Shown: one piece after another, positions 1 to 24,492 of the stretch
How positions within the stretch are numbered: position 1 is the first letter of the stretch
Layout of the letters: every line of letters starts with the position of its first letter
Assembly (NCBI RefSeq): GCF_009914755.1
Contig: NC_060925.1
Length of the DNA stretch: 64,000 bases
Strand: one strand, 5' to 3'
Source: the human T2T-CHM13v2.0 reference genome, Homo sapiens
Program-made: the position numbers and the translations under genes
Notes under the pieces: model-generated
The model's database searches: none
The model's input: the letters and a program-made list of their open reading frames with translations, nothing else
Told to the model about the DNA's origin: nothing

Positions 1-499
1 CATATGCAAAGGCCTAAATGCAGGAGGGAGCTGGCACACTTGGGGAGCGGGAAAGGCCCAGCATTGTGGCAGAAGATGGTGCCTTAGGCCCCAGAGGTGG
101 AAGATGAGGTAGCTGGATCCCAGGCAGCCATGGGGCAGCACTGAGGAGGGGCCTGAGCAAAGTCCTGAGATCAACTGGGAGCTATGGATGGTCTGCAAGC
201 TGCGGAAGCACCTGCCAGAAGTGGGTATCTCATGTTTGTTTATAAATGTGTTTGGGGATATAACAATGAGCTAGCCATGGCCTCTGCAGTCAAATCACCA
301 GCCATAACTCCAAGGGGAAAACAGTCAGAGCCCCAGGCCAGGGCAAGATCGGGTGGTAAGAGCCATCAGGATGACCCCTCCAGGTGGCCAGGAGTCCAGA
401 GGAGAGGATTAGGCTTGGGAAAGAAAAATTCAAAGCCAGTAACACCCTAGTGTTTACCAGGTCCTTCCTCCTCGGCAGGGGCTTCCCATTCATCACCCC

Positions 500-780
500 A
501 TTAATAATAGTAATCGTGGGAGCAGCCGCTGCCTAATAACTTAACACTTACTTTGTGCCAGCTTCTTTCTGTTCCAGGTGTTTTTACCCATATTAATTGC
601 TTTAATCTTCACAACAACCCTATGAGGTGGGTACTATGATCACTGTCCCCATTTGACAGATAAGGACATGGAGGCTCAGAAGCTGAGTGGCCTCTCCAGG
701 GAATAAGTGGCTGAACCAGAATACTCACCGAGATCTTCCTAATTCCACGGTCCATGCTGGCTTCATTTTGCCCCACACTC
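500..780 (-). mobile_element. MIR SINE fragment
   Basis: MIR core-like tttaatcttcacaacaaccctatgaggtgggtact...ccccatttgacagataagg...gaggctcaga. Confidence 0.75.
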
Positions 781-904
781 CATCAAGGGAGGGGCTGGGG
801 CAGGGGTGTGGGGCATGGGCCCAGGGTCCCTGTGAGGAGCTGCAACCTGGAGTGCTCCTGTCCCCGTCCCCTCCCCTCAGGCTGCCTCGGGCTGCGTTCC
901 TCCT

Positions 905-1095
905 CTGCTGATTGAGGCTGGTGTTTTATGAACCCAGAACCGCAGCAAGATTCTCCTATTAATTTATTGGTATTGCTAATTAAACATCATATTCGCAAAT
1001 GTAAATTTCCTAATGGCCTCCCTTCCATTTCTGAAGTTTCCTAAAAGAGCCTTCTTGTTATGGTTGTCAATTGAAACCAATTACATCTCACCAGA
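905..1095. promoter_or_regulatory. AT-rich CNE-like block, candidate enhancer
   Basis: Non-repetitive AT-rich island in GC-rich flanks; TAATTA, TTTATTGG, TTTTATG and TAATGG homeodomain-type motifs. Confidence 0.4.
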
Positions 1096-1248
1096 TGGGT
1101 GGGCTGCAGCTGGCTCAGGGGTCACTGGGTCTGGAGGGGATCAGGGGCCCCTGGACGGGGTCTGGCTGGGGCCCTCTTTGACCTCAGGGGAGAATAGGAA
1201 CAGGGGAACGTTGGGGAAGCGAAGTAGAGTAAGCCCAGCCCCAAGCTC

Positions 1249-1364
1249 TTGGGTGTCAGCCTCCTTCTTCTCGCTGATTGGGTGACAGCCTCCTTCTTCT
1301 CCCTGATTGGGTGTCAGCCTCCTTCTTCTCCCTGATTGGGTGTCAGCCTTCTTCTTCTCCCTGA
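1249..1364. repeat. Minisatellite, 4 x 29 bp (GGGTGTCAGCCTCCTTCTTCTCCCTGATT)
   Basis: Units start at 1251, 1280, 1309 and 1338, each with at most 1-2 substitutions. Confidence 0.95.
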
Positions 1365-1650
1365 CATGCCCCCAGTCTGGTTGCTGGCCTGGGCCTGTGG
1401 CTGTTTGCAACGCTATGTCAAGGAGGCCAGGGCTAGGATGAGGAGGCAGCGTGGAGGAGAGAATACTAGAATGAGCAAATGTCAGTGCTTAGAGGGACCT
1501 TAGAGATTTTCCAGTCTAACCCCCCATTTGAAACATGGAGAAACTAAGGCACAGTGGAGGAAGTGACTTGCCCAGGGCTGCAGAGTCAATCACTACAGGA
1601 GCTGGGACCTAAACAGAGATCTGCTTCTGATCCCTTTGAAAATCTGATGA

Positions 1651-1973
<323 letters not shown>

Positions 1974-3056
1974 CTACTCCAGACAAATGTGTTCCCTGCA
2001 GGAATTGCATAATTGCAGGGGCACCACTCTACACCATGGCAGCCCCCACCCCAATTCGGTCATTGCGTGGTGTTTGAAAGCAACAGCTCTTGGATCAGGG
2101 AAAACCACTTTTGAATCCCACATGCAGCAAGTCCTCCGCGTCTTGGGACCTCAGTCTCCTCATCTGTACAGTGAGGACAACAGTCTCTCTCTCCCAGGGC
2201 TGCTTAGAGATTATTTGGCAAAGCGTGTGAGTGAGTGCTCCATCACAAGTGGCCAGTATTGGGCTGGGCCTCATGGTGTCAGAGACCAGCCTCCTAACGC
2301 AGTGGGGCGGGGAACTCTGGCCAGTCCTGGCCAGGTAGCCAGGTGGGACCCAGGGAGGTTGGGATAGGGTGAGGCCACCCAGACCTGGGACTTGGCCTCA
2401 TCTTTGGAATAATGGTCACCATTTCCTCAGCACAGTGCTGAGACTGAGACATCACATGCGTGGTCTCCACAATCCTCCCCAGCCCAGTTACAGATGGGGA
2501 AGCGGAGGCCTTGGGGGTTAGTTAGTGACTTGCCTGGCCTGAGGTTCCCCAGGGGAAGGACTGTCTGACTCCAGGGTCTGAGTTGGCACCTGCTCTGTTC
2601 TGCCATTACTGAGTACCAGCTTGAGACGTGAGAGCAAATGTGGACCATCTGCCGGGAGTTCAAGCTCCCACTCTGTGGCCTCTTTGCTGGGAGACCTTGA
2701 GCATGTCAGGTCTGAGTAGTCAGGTCCCATGTGAGACACATCAGAGGGGAGTGCAGGCTGCTGCTGGCCCCCCGCCACCAGAATGCACACTGATGCCGGC
2801 ATTGCCGGTTCTGCTCTGATGACAGTGGGCCCGGTGTCCCCATCCCACATCCCTAAGCCCAGCCTTCAGGGAGCAGGGCAAGAAAGGGAACCTGCTGGGT
2901 AAACTGAGTCAGAACATTGGCAAGGACTTTGACGATGCGGAAGACCTTCCCTGTGCTCTTGTCCCTGGTACATCTGGGGACGGCTGGAAGTGGAGCTGGC
3001 AGGGAAGGGGTGAGAGGTGACAGACACTACCCAGATACCAGGGAGCGTCCAGCCCA

Positions 3057-3189
3057 TGTGCCTTTGTGGTAGCCCATGGGGAGAAGGGCCTCAGAAGATC
3101 ACCTCCTCCGGCCCCGGCCCTCCAAGTAGGGTCACACATCTGAAGGACGCTCCCAGCCCCTCTTCCTCCTGCCTCAAGAAGCCTGTACT
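3057..3189 (+). repeat. Left arm of ~133-bp inverted duplication (partner 5049-5181)
   Basis: Manual alignment to the reverse complement of 5049-5181, about 85% identity. Confidence 0.9.
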
Positions 3190-3502
3190 TTCCAAGTTGA
3201 AGACTTGTCCTTCAGGGACCCCCGTGGCCCACTCCGCTCGTGTGTCATTATCTTGAGGGAGCCGGTGGGTAATCAGAGTGTCCTGGTTGCTGCTTGGGAA
3301 TCTGCATTAGGGAAAACTTTAAAAATACACTCTATCGTTGTTTACTATTCACAGCAATGACACAGGGCTGCCCCTCAGCCCATCGTCCTGGGCTTGCTAT
3401 GTGCTGGGGCCTGAGCGGCCGCACCAAGAGCCCTGCATGGAGTCTGGGCTGGGCTTGAGGCATGGGATGAGGCCGGGGGGGTATCCAGACTTTCTCTTTG
3501 TT

Positions 3503-4530
<1,028 letters not shown>

Positions 4531-4750
4531 GATTTCGAGCATGTGGTTATCCAGGCTCCAGGCAGGGAGATGTCTAGATTCTGGTGCACAGATATCAAAT
4601 AGTAGGTGTAAAGACACCCAGATATGCTGGGTATGACAATGATCAGCTTGATGCCCTCCTTAGGTAGGGGGGCTCCCATAGGCCCTTCCTCAGGTCCCAG
4701 TGCTGAGTGGGGGAATTGTTTTGTTGCCAAGGCTGGTCTCAAACTCCTGG

Positions 4751-5048
4751 TTTCTTTTTTTTTTTGAGACGAAGTCTCGCTCTGTCACCCAGGCTGGAGT
4801 GCAATGGTACGATCTCGGCTCCCTGCAACCTCTGCCTCCCATGTTCAAGTGATTCTCCCACCTCAGCCTCCTGAGTAGCTGGGACTACAGGTGCCTGCCA
4901 CCATGCCCGGCTAATTTTTTGTATTTTTAGTAGAGGCGGGGATTCACCATGTTGGCCAGGCTGGTCTTGAACTCCTGACCTCAAAAGATCCTCCTGCCTC
5001 GGCCTCCCGAAGTGCTGGGATTACAGGTGTGAGCCACTGGGCCTGGCC
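4751..5048 (-). mobile_element. AluS element
   Basis: Reverse-complement Alu consensus with poly-T. Confidence 0.95.
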
Positions 5049-5181
5049 AGTGAAGGCTTCTTGAGGCAGAAGGAGGAGGGGCTGGGAGTGCCCTTAGATG
5101 TGTGACCTTGCCTGGAGGGTGGGGGCTGGAGGAAGTGACCTTCTGAGGACCCTGCTCACCATGGGCTACCATAAAGGCGCA
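5049..5181 (-). repeat. Right arm of ~133-bp inverted duplication (partner 3057-3189)
   Basis: Reverse complement tgcgcctttatggtagcccatgg...gcctcaagaagccttcact matches 3057-3189. Confidence 0.9.
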
Positions 5182-6179
5182 GGGCAGAACCTCTGTGCAT
5201 AGATCATAGAGGACAGAACATCAGAGAGAGGCCAGGCTTTGCTGCTGTTCCATTCAAGTGCCCACCCAGGGGTGTTTTAGAGATGGGGAAACAGGCCAGG
5301 GAAAAGAAGTGACCTCGTCATAAGCGGCGGCATCACCAATGCCTCAATAGGTACCGTTGCCCGGCGCTTCCCATGTGCTTGGGAGGGTGGGCACTAGAGC
5401 ATCCTTCAGCCACGCAACATAGTGAGGGGCGCTGTATTGTTATCCCCATTGTACAGATGAGATCATGAAGGCCCAGAGAAGTGAATTCGTTGCATAAAAT
5501 GTAGGAGAGGAACAGATATTCTCAGCTGTCTCTAAAAGGAACCAGAGGTTTTCCTGCTAGCTATGCACCACTGTGGCCTGGGACAACTGTCCTCAAGGCC
5601 AGCACTGAGTCATCTTCTACCAGGGGGTTTTAGCACCCCTGCAACCTTCTGCTGGGATCGCCATCCCTCAGGCCACCCCCAAGCCAGAGGCCGGACAACT
5701 TGGGGAGGTGACATAGATTGTGGCAAGAGCCCAGATGAGGGTACAAATCCCTACTCTGCTCCTTAGTAACTAACTTCTTTTATGTTCCTGGGCCTCAGCT
5801 GTGCCCACCTGGCAAATGAGGAGTCTTGCCAACACCCCCTGCAGAGGGTTGCTTTAAGAGTCACTTGAGTTGATGCATCTACGATGCTTACACAGAGCGT
5901 GGCACACAGAAAGTGATCCTAGAATGTAGCTCAAGTGAACTCACGTGACCTCCACTCATGGCCTCACGCTGGCCTCCCACCAGACCCTGGGTTCAGAGGA
6001 GCTGGGTTGCCTGACAGACAGGAGACTGGGGAGCCTGGTGCCGCCCCCTGGGATCTGTAGCTACAAAGAACAGTGCTCACAGGGTCCCTGGGATAATCGG
6101 AGAGGACGCCACCTTAATTCCACCTCCATCAGACCTCCGCCAGAAGACACGACCCTTTCACCTCATCAATATTCAAGAG

Positions 6180-6475
6180 CTTAACAAAAAAAGCTATAAC
6201 TAGGGAAGTCAGAAATAATGGAATGCAGTATTGATTATTTTATGGTGCGATTAGGGGTAATTACATCTCTCAAATTTTATTTTAATGTTACTTTCTACTA
6301 CTTTTAGCCTTTTAAAATTATCCCAAACATCCCCATTTAATGGAACACCCGTGCCTTCAATTTCAATGTGAAATACTTTTTTTCTGCTAAAGTGTGACCT
6401 TAATATATTTGAAAACATAAATTACACTATGTATAAGCCATAAAAAATGAATGATGAATTTAATTCTGGTGAAGC
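6180..6475. promoter_or_regulatory. AT-rich CNE-like block, candidate enhancer
   Basis: Unique AT-rich island; TTTTATGG (6238), CCATAAAA (6438) and TAATTA motifs. Confidence 0.45.
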
Positions 6476-6967
6476 GTGAGGGAACGGGGAGGCAGGCGGG
6501 CGGAGGCGCTGTTTATCCAGTGCGGAGGGGACAGTCAGAGGCAGGAGGGGGCAGCCAAGTCAGAAGGGGTGCCTGACCTTCAGGGGCACTGGGAACAGGG
6601 CTCAGAGCTCTGGAGGACACAGGCCAGGGAGGGATCAGAGGCTGCACCTGCCCCATCGCCCTCCCTCCCTGTTGTCAAGTGAGCTCAGGCTAGTTCCTCC
6701 CTAGGAAATGAGTTCCAAAGCATGCAAGGGGCATAGGCTAGCTTGCACCTCCCAGCCTAACTCTGCCTGTAATTGGTAGTGTGGTGTGGTTGCTAATGCA
6801 TCGTGGCTCCATTTCAGGGGTTCCATTTTGCAGATGTGCAAACTAAGGCTGAAGGGACTCACCTAAAGTAGCTGGGCAAATAAGTGCTGCAGTGCTGGGA
6901 GCCGGCTGCAGACCCAGAATGTGGGACTCTCAGCCCAAGAGCTCCCGCTGTCAAAAAGAAGAGCCTG

Positions 6968-7743
<776 letters not shown>

Positions 7744-8377
7744 CTAGCACTGTAAAGCCCTGAGCAGGTTGTATTGGTTTCTCCCTGGCTTGCCGCACCC
7801 CTTGCCCGGGGTGTGTGTTGGGGGTGAGGTTGGGGGTTGAGGTCCCCGGGATGTTGGTTTACATAATGTGGCTGAGACCTTTTCTGAGCCCTCAGGACAT
7901 GGCCTCCATACCTTCTGGCCTTCCCTGATTTCTGCCCTCTCCTCCTTTTCTTTTCCTCTCAGGTGACTGGCAGCTCATTATTGGGGACACTGCTGCCCCT
8001 TGGCATCATGAGCCCTGGAAGGGCAGGAGCCACATCTCCTTGTTCATTGCGGCGCCTCCAGCACCTGAGCATCATAGGAGCTGGAGAATATGATGTAAGT
8101 GAAACGCGCTCTGCAACCGTGACCTCGAAGCGGCTCATTCCAATGGTCTCAGCCTCTCAGCAGCCTTTGTGGCTGAGGGCCTCTCCCTCCTCCTAGATGC
8201 TCTCTTATCTTGGTTTCCTAGACTGCAGGCTCCTGCCTTTCCTCTGACTCCCCTGGCTGCTCCTTTTTGCCTCCTTTGCTGCCCTTCTTCCCCTTCTTCA
8301 CCTTGGAGAGCTCATCCTGGGGGCCTCTCCTCTACTGTACTCACCCACAGGGTGACCATCCATCCTGCTCATAATAG

Positions 8378-9010
<633 letters not shown>

Positions 9011-9029
9011 TCTATCTTGACCATTCTAT

Positions 9030-10820
<1,791 letters not shown>

Positions 10821-10829
10821 AGTCCCCTG

Positions 10830-13510
<2,681 letters not shown>

Positions 13511-13514
13511 AATT

Positions 13515-13796
13515 GCCGGGCGCCATGGCTGATGCCTGTAATCCCAGCACTTTGGGAGGCTGAGGCGGGTGGATCACGAGGTCAGGAGATCGAGACCATC
13601 CTGACTAACACGGTGAAACTCCATCTCTACTACATATACAAAAAATTAGCCGGGCATGGTGGCGGGCACCTGTAGTCCCAACTACTTGGGAGGTTGGGGC
13701 AGGAGAATGGCGTGAACCCAGAAGGCGGAGCTTGCAGTGAGCCGAGATCACGTCACTGCACCACTCCAGCCTGGGCAACCGAACGAGACTCCGTCT

Positions 13797-13833
<37 letters not shown>
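13515..13833 (+). mobile_element. AluY with long (~35 nt) poly-A
   Basis: AluY diagnostics gagatcgagaccatcctg, ggagaatggcgtgaacc, gcggagcttgcag; TSD aaagataat. Confidence 0.92.
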
Positions 13834-15315
<1,482 letters not shown>

Positions 15316-15409
15316 AGATAATTAAGATGTTTGCACGTGATGCTTTCCCACTGGTTAATCACAGCTGAGGGAGTGGACTCTCACCCACAGTCCAAGTACC
15401 CCTGAATGG

Positions 15410-16299
<890 letters not shown>

Positions 16300-16322
<23 letters not shown>

Positions 16323-17110
16323 CAGGATCACAGGATTTGTGACCCTGGCCTTGGCCTTGTCCCTAAAACCGTCACCCGGGTCTCCCAGGCGAGAGGGGCG
16401 GGAGGCTCCAGACGCCCAGAGCCCACAGCTTCCCGCCCGGGGCGGCTGAGCGGTCCCGGGGAGAGCCCTGGAGAGAGACAGAGAAGGGGAGGCGTGGAGC
16501 GGGGCCCCCACAGCAGAAGAGGGGCAGGAGGGAGGCGAGAGGGGGCCGGAGTCTGGCCCGAGACAGAAGGGGCGGAGGGGCGCGGGGTGGACGCGGCCCG
16601 GGGGTCCCAGACGGGGCGCCCCTCCCCACCCGGCCCGCCCTGCCCCACCCCCCGGCGCGGGAGGCCCCTGCTCCGCAGTCGGCGGCGCCCGGGGGAGGGG
16701 GCGCTGTGGGGGCTCCCGGCCGCCCGCCGCCTGATGCGTATCGATCGCAGCCCGGGGTCGACGCGGGGGCACCAGCTGCCGGCGGGCGGGGCGACCGCAC
16801 ATTAGCGCGGCCGGGACCACTCCCCGGAACGCGGGCCGGGCAGCCCATTAGACGCCCCCGGGCGGCCGGGCGACCACTGCACGGGCGGGGCGAGGCTGGC
16901 TCCAAGCAGGCGGCCCCTGGGCGGCCGGGGCGGGCGGGCTGCGGGCGCAGCAGGGGGTGCCAGGCCTGGCTCGACGGGCGAGGCTGCAGGCCCCTCCGAA
17001 TCCCCGGCACGCCCGCCCCGGCTGGCTGGCTCCCTCCGTTTCCCGAACTGCGCTCCAGCCTCCAGACCTTTGCCCGCGCTCTGCCCCCTGCCAGGGACGC
17101 TCCCCTGCCA
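16300..17110. promoter_or_regulatory. CpG island with no associated gene in the window (orphan CGI)
   Basis: Very GC- and CpG-dense (e.g. gcgtatcgatcgcagcccggggtcgacgcg); multiple GGGCGG boxes; CTCF-like GCAGCAGGGGGTGCC at 16947. Confidence 0.9.
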
Positions 17111-18529
17111 TCGCTCCTCACCAAGCCTAACCCCGCTCGTTTTCTGGCTCCCTGCTTATTAGTGGGTTCCTTGAGGAGATTGTCCTGACACCTCTGATCC
17201 AGCCGCTGGCCTTGCACTTCTTCAACCGACCCCATGAAAGCATCTAGCTCCCCGGTACCGAAGGCATAAACACAAAAGCAGCAGGAGGCAAAACCAGCAC
17301 AGCTCACAGGCGCTTCTGACAGGGAGCTCCCAGTCCGATTCCCTCTTCTGATCCCTGAGAGCAGGAGAGTATTGGGCAGAATTGGGGATGAATTAGAATC
17401 TACCACTTAACAGCTGCCCGACCTTGGGCAAGTGACTTAGCTTCTCTGGGCCTCGTTCCCACATCTGCAGCTTCATCGAGGCCTGGTGGGAAAAGGTCCA
17501 TGTGGATCCTAATTCCTGCCCCCAGCGGGAGACTCCCAGAAATCAGTACCCAAGCTGGGGAGGGGACTGGAAACCCCATAAGGAGAGGTGGGCTCTGCAC
17601 GCACTGTGGAATCTCCAGCGGGGTGTGGGGCAGACGGGAAACAGGCCATCCTCAGGCGCTGCTAGGGGCCTAGAATGGGGAAACTCCACACAGGCAACCT
17701 GGCAATCTAATGGGAGATGGCATCTCCCATCTAAGGCCAGCACCTCCCGCTGGGCCCCGGACTCATCCCTCTCACTGCCTGGGGACAGCGCTCCAACTCC
17801 ATTTCAAGCGACAGGAGCTGTCTCTGTCTTGGGCTCATCAGCCTCATTTCTCCCTTAACCCCACCTCCCCTCCACTACCATCCTATTCTCAGACTCAGAG
17901 AGCTCCGGTTCCTCTCCTCCCATCCTCTGTGTCACTAACTGCTCTAATCTAGGGTCCAGGTAGCAAAGCCCAGTCATCAGCTCGCAGCCATTGTTCTACG
18001 AGTCCCATCAGTGCACTGGACCCAGTGGTCCCTACGCCCTCCTGAACGTTCCTTATTTGGCTGTTCCTCCCCGTTTTCTTCAGCTGCTCCTTCCAGTCTC
18101 CTCTGCAGCTTCCTCTTCCTCGTCCTCACCATAAACACCCAAGCATCCTCTGACTCTTCTCCACGTGCCCCCTCCCTCCGAGATCCCCTGCGTGCCTCTA
18201 CTCTTTAAACACCAAGCGTATGCCGACAATTTCTAAACTTCTATCTGTGGCTCAGTTCTCTCCCCAGAGCCCCCCGCATGTCCATAGCCTGTCTGCTCCA
18301 CATCTGCACTTGGAGAAGAGGCGGAGCTGCCTCTGCTCATACAGCCCTTAGCCAGCTAGGAGAAAGTGACTTTCTAAGGCAAAAGAAACTTTCTTTAAAA
18401 CTTGGCACTGCACATGATTCCATCCAACGGCGGGAAGGCTGGATGGGAGGAGGCAAAGCGCACCCGCTTGCTCCAGGCCTGGCCAGGCAGCCCAGACTGG
18501 TCCTTGCGAAGGGAGGGGGAGGGGCACTG

Positions 18530-18610
18530 GCTCTGGGGTTTAATCAGTAGCATCCAGCTTCAGTTCTTCTCAACAGCAATTCCATAAATCAAACTTCTTG
18601 TTAAATCTGT
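18530..18610. promoter_or_regulatory. PBX-HOX composite site in a short AT-rich block
   Basis: CCATAAATCA (TGATTTATGG on minus) at 18582-18591, plus TTTAATCA. Confidence 0.35.
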
Positions 18611-19066
18611 GGCCAGAGCATATGCATCCCGTTAGAAGCAGTGCCGGGGCTGGGGCATGGTAGTGCCCCCACAGTCACCCCCTTAGCTTGGCCTGGGTTG
18701 GCTCGGAAGCAGCTTTCCTGGGGGCAGCATCCCAGGCCAGGCACACACTCCTGCTCACCCACACCAGGCACTAAGGCAACAGTCACACTCTGACCACTCC
18801 CCCCACCACCCCTGCCCTGTAATGCAGGCTTAACAGGTTTAGACTTGGGTGGAGGTGGAAATTGGGCATCCCAAAGAGGCTGTGAGCAAGAGGAGCAGCC
18901 TCAGGGGCCGCTCTGAGTGTGACTGCAATAGAACACTGTCCTTACCTGTGTGCAGGACCTGGAAGGTAGACAGGTCTATGATCAAAATGAAACCCCCTCG
19001 GTTATGCTGCCCTGGTATCATGTACAACCTGTGCAACCTTAACTGACAGTCCTGCTAATAGGTGCC

Positions 19067-19420
19067 TGTATTAGTCAAGATAAGATAAATTATGCTGTTG
19101 TGACAAACAACATTAAAATCTCAGTGTCTTAGAACAACAAAGGCTTATTTCTTTCTGATGATACACGTCCAGGGCAGGTAGGCAGGGGGCTTTCCTTCAT
19201 GAGTCACTCAGTAACCCAGGTTAATGGAGGTTCCACCTCAGTGCCTCCTCCTTAGGCAGCCTCAGGACAGAACCGTCGGAGTTGGAGGTGATTAAATGCC
19301 CTGACCCAGAAATCACACATATGATTCCCACCCACAACTCTCTGGCCAGAGCTAGTCTCATGGCCACATCTAACTTCAATGTGGCAAGATGTACCATCCT
19401 CCTATGCACCCAACAGAGAA
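19067..19420 (-). mobile_element. MLT1 (MaLR) LTR fragment
   Basis: tgtattagtcaaga...tatgctgttgtgacaaacaac...aaatctcagtg...; gctagtctcatggccacatctaacttcaa. Confidence 0.75.
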
Positions 19421-19439
19421 CAGGGTACCAAGCTCTCAG

Positions 19440-22903
<3,464 letters not shown>

Positions 22904-23237
22904 TAAATCATAAAATGCAGGAAAAAGGTAGGATATGAAACTATATGATCCTTATGACTTTATATTGATCCTTAAAAAATAAAAAATAAAAAACTGTATG
23001 ATCCTAATTCAGATTTACTTATTTCTATGCACTCCCCTAACCCCTACATATTCACAGAAAAAAAGAGTGGGTGATGAGATATTGAAGGATTGGAACATTT
23101 TTTTCTATTTCTTATTATATTTTCCATATTTCTCACAACAAACATGGAAACTGCAATGCTTTAGTAATCAGGGAAAGGGGAATTTTTAAGGATTTAGTTC
23201 AGCATTTTCCAAACGCTATTTCCACAGCACGTTATTA

Positions 23238-23625
<388 letters not shown>

Positions 23626-23905
23626 GAATATAAGTATGAGTACAAAAACTAAGGTGGCGGGAGGCATGGCAGGACAGGACTTAGGAAGTTTCTTTTGCTC
23701 TTTGACCCAGTATTGATTGAAGGAGTGCAGCCGAAACTGTAACCAAACGAGGCCTGATGCTTCCAGAGTAGTATTGCAAGCAACAGTAGCAGCTTTAAAG
23801 GGAAGGTAGAGAGATTCAACTAGTTAGAGTGAAAGCTGGAGATCAAGTTATTCTCCCAGAATATGGAGGCACTAAAGTTGTTCTAGACAACAAGGATTCT
23901 TTCTT

Positions 23906-24241
23906 TTCTTGTCTTTGTTTTTTTGTTTGGTGTTTGTTTTTGTTTTTTTGGGTTTTTTTGAGACAGGGTCTCACTCTGTCGCCCAGGCTGGAGTGCAGTA
24001 ATGAAATCTCGACTCACTGCAACCTCTGCCTCCTGGGTTCAAGCAATTCTCCTGCCTAAACCTCCTGAGTAGCTGGGAGTACAGGCATGCGCCACCACGC
24101 CCAGCTAATTTTTGTATTTTCAGTAGAAACAGGGTTTCACCACGTTGGCCAGGCTGGTCTCAAACTCCTGGGCTCAAGTGATCCACGCTCCTCGGCCTCC
24201 CAAAGTGCTGGGATAACAGGCGTGAGCCACGGTGCTCAGCT
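23906..24241 (-). mobile_element. Alu inside the HSPE1 pseudogene
   Basis: Reverse Alu consensus with T/G-rich tail. Confidence 0.93.
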
Positions 24242-24384
24242 GTCTTTTTTTCATTTTTATTTTTTTAAGATTTTCTTTATATTCCTGAATTTATAAAGCA
24301 GTAATTATTATAGGAAGAAGAAACTTCCGTATCCAGCCCATATTGTCAACCAAGAGGTTAGGTGAGTTTTTGCTTTAAGGTTTT

Positions 24385-24492
24385 AGATGAAGAGATGCTT
24401 AGGGCGAGGTATGTGGAAAGGGTTGCAGAGCTTCCATGCCCTCTCTAGGCATGCCACCCACCAGCAACCTCCACTTACTCAGAGATCCGGAA
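24385..24492 (-). mobile_element. MER21 (ERVL-type LTR) fragment
   Basis: agatgaagagatgc...agggcgaggtatg...gagcttccatgccctct...aacctccac...atccggaa matches the recalled MER21A/B consensus. Confidence 0.7.

Noticed and set aside
1249-1364. 29-bp repeats as a CRISPR-like array
   Set aside because: Head-to-tail with no unique spacers; eukaryotic context; no cas genes.
23829-24059. ORF with an HSP10 motif as a functional gene
   Set aside because: Fragment of a frameshifted, deleted retrocopy running into an Alu.
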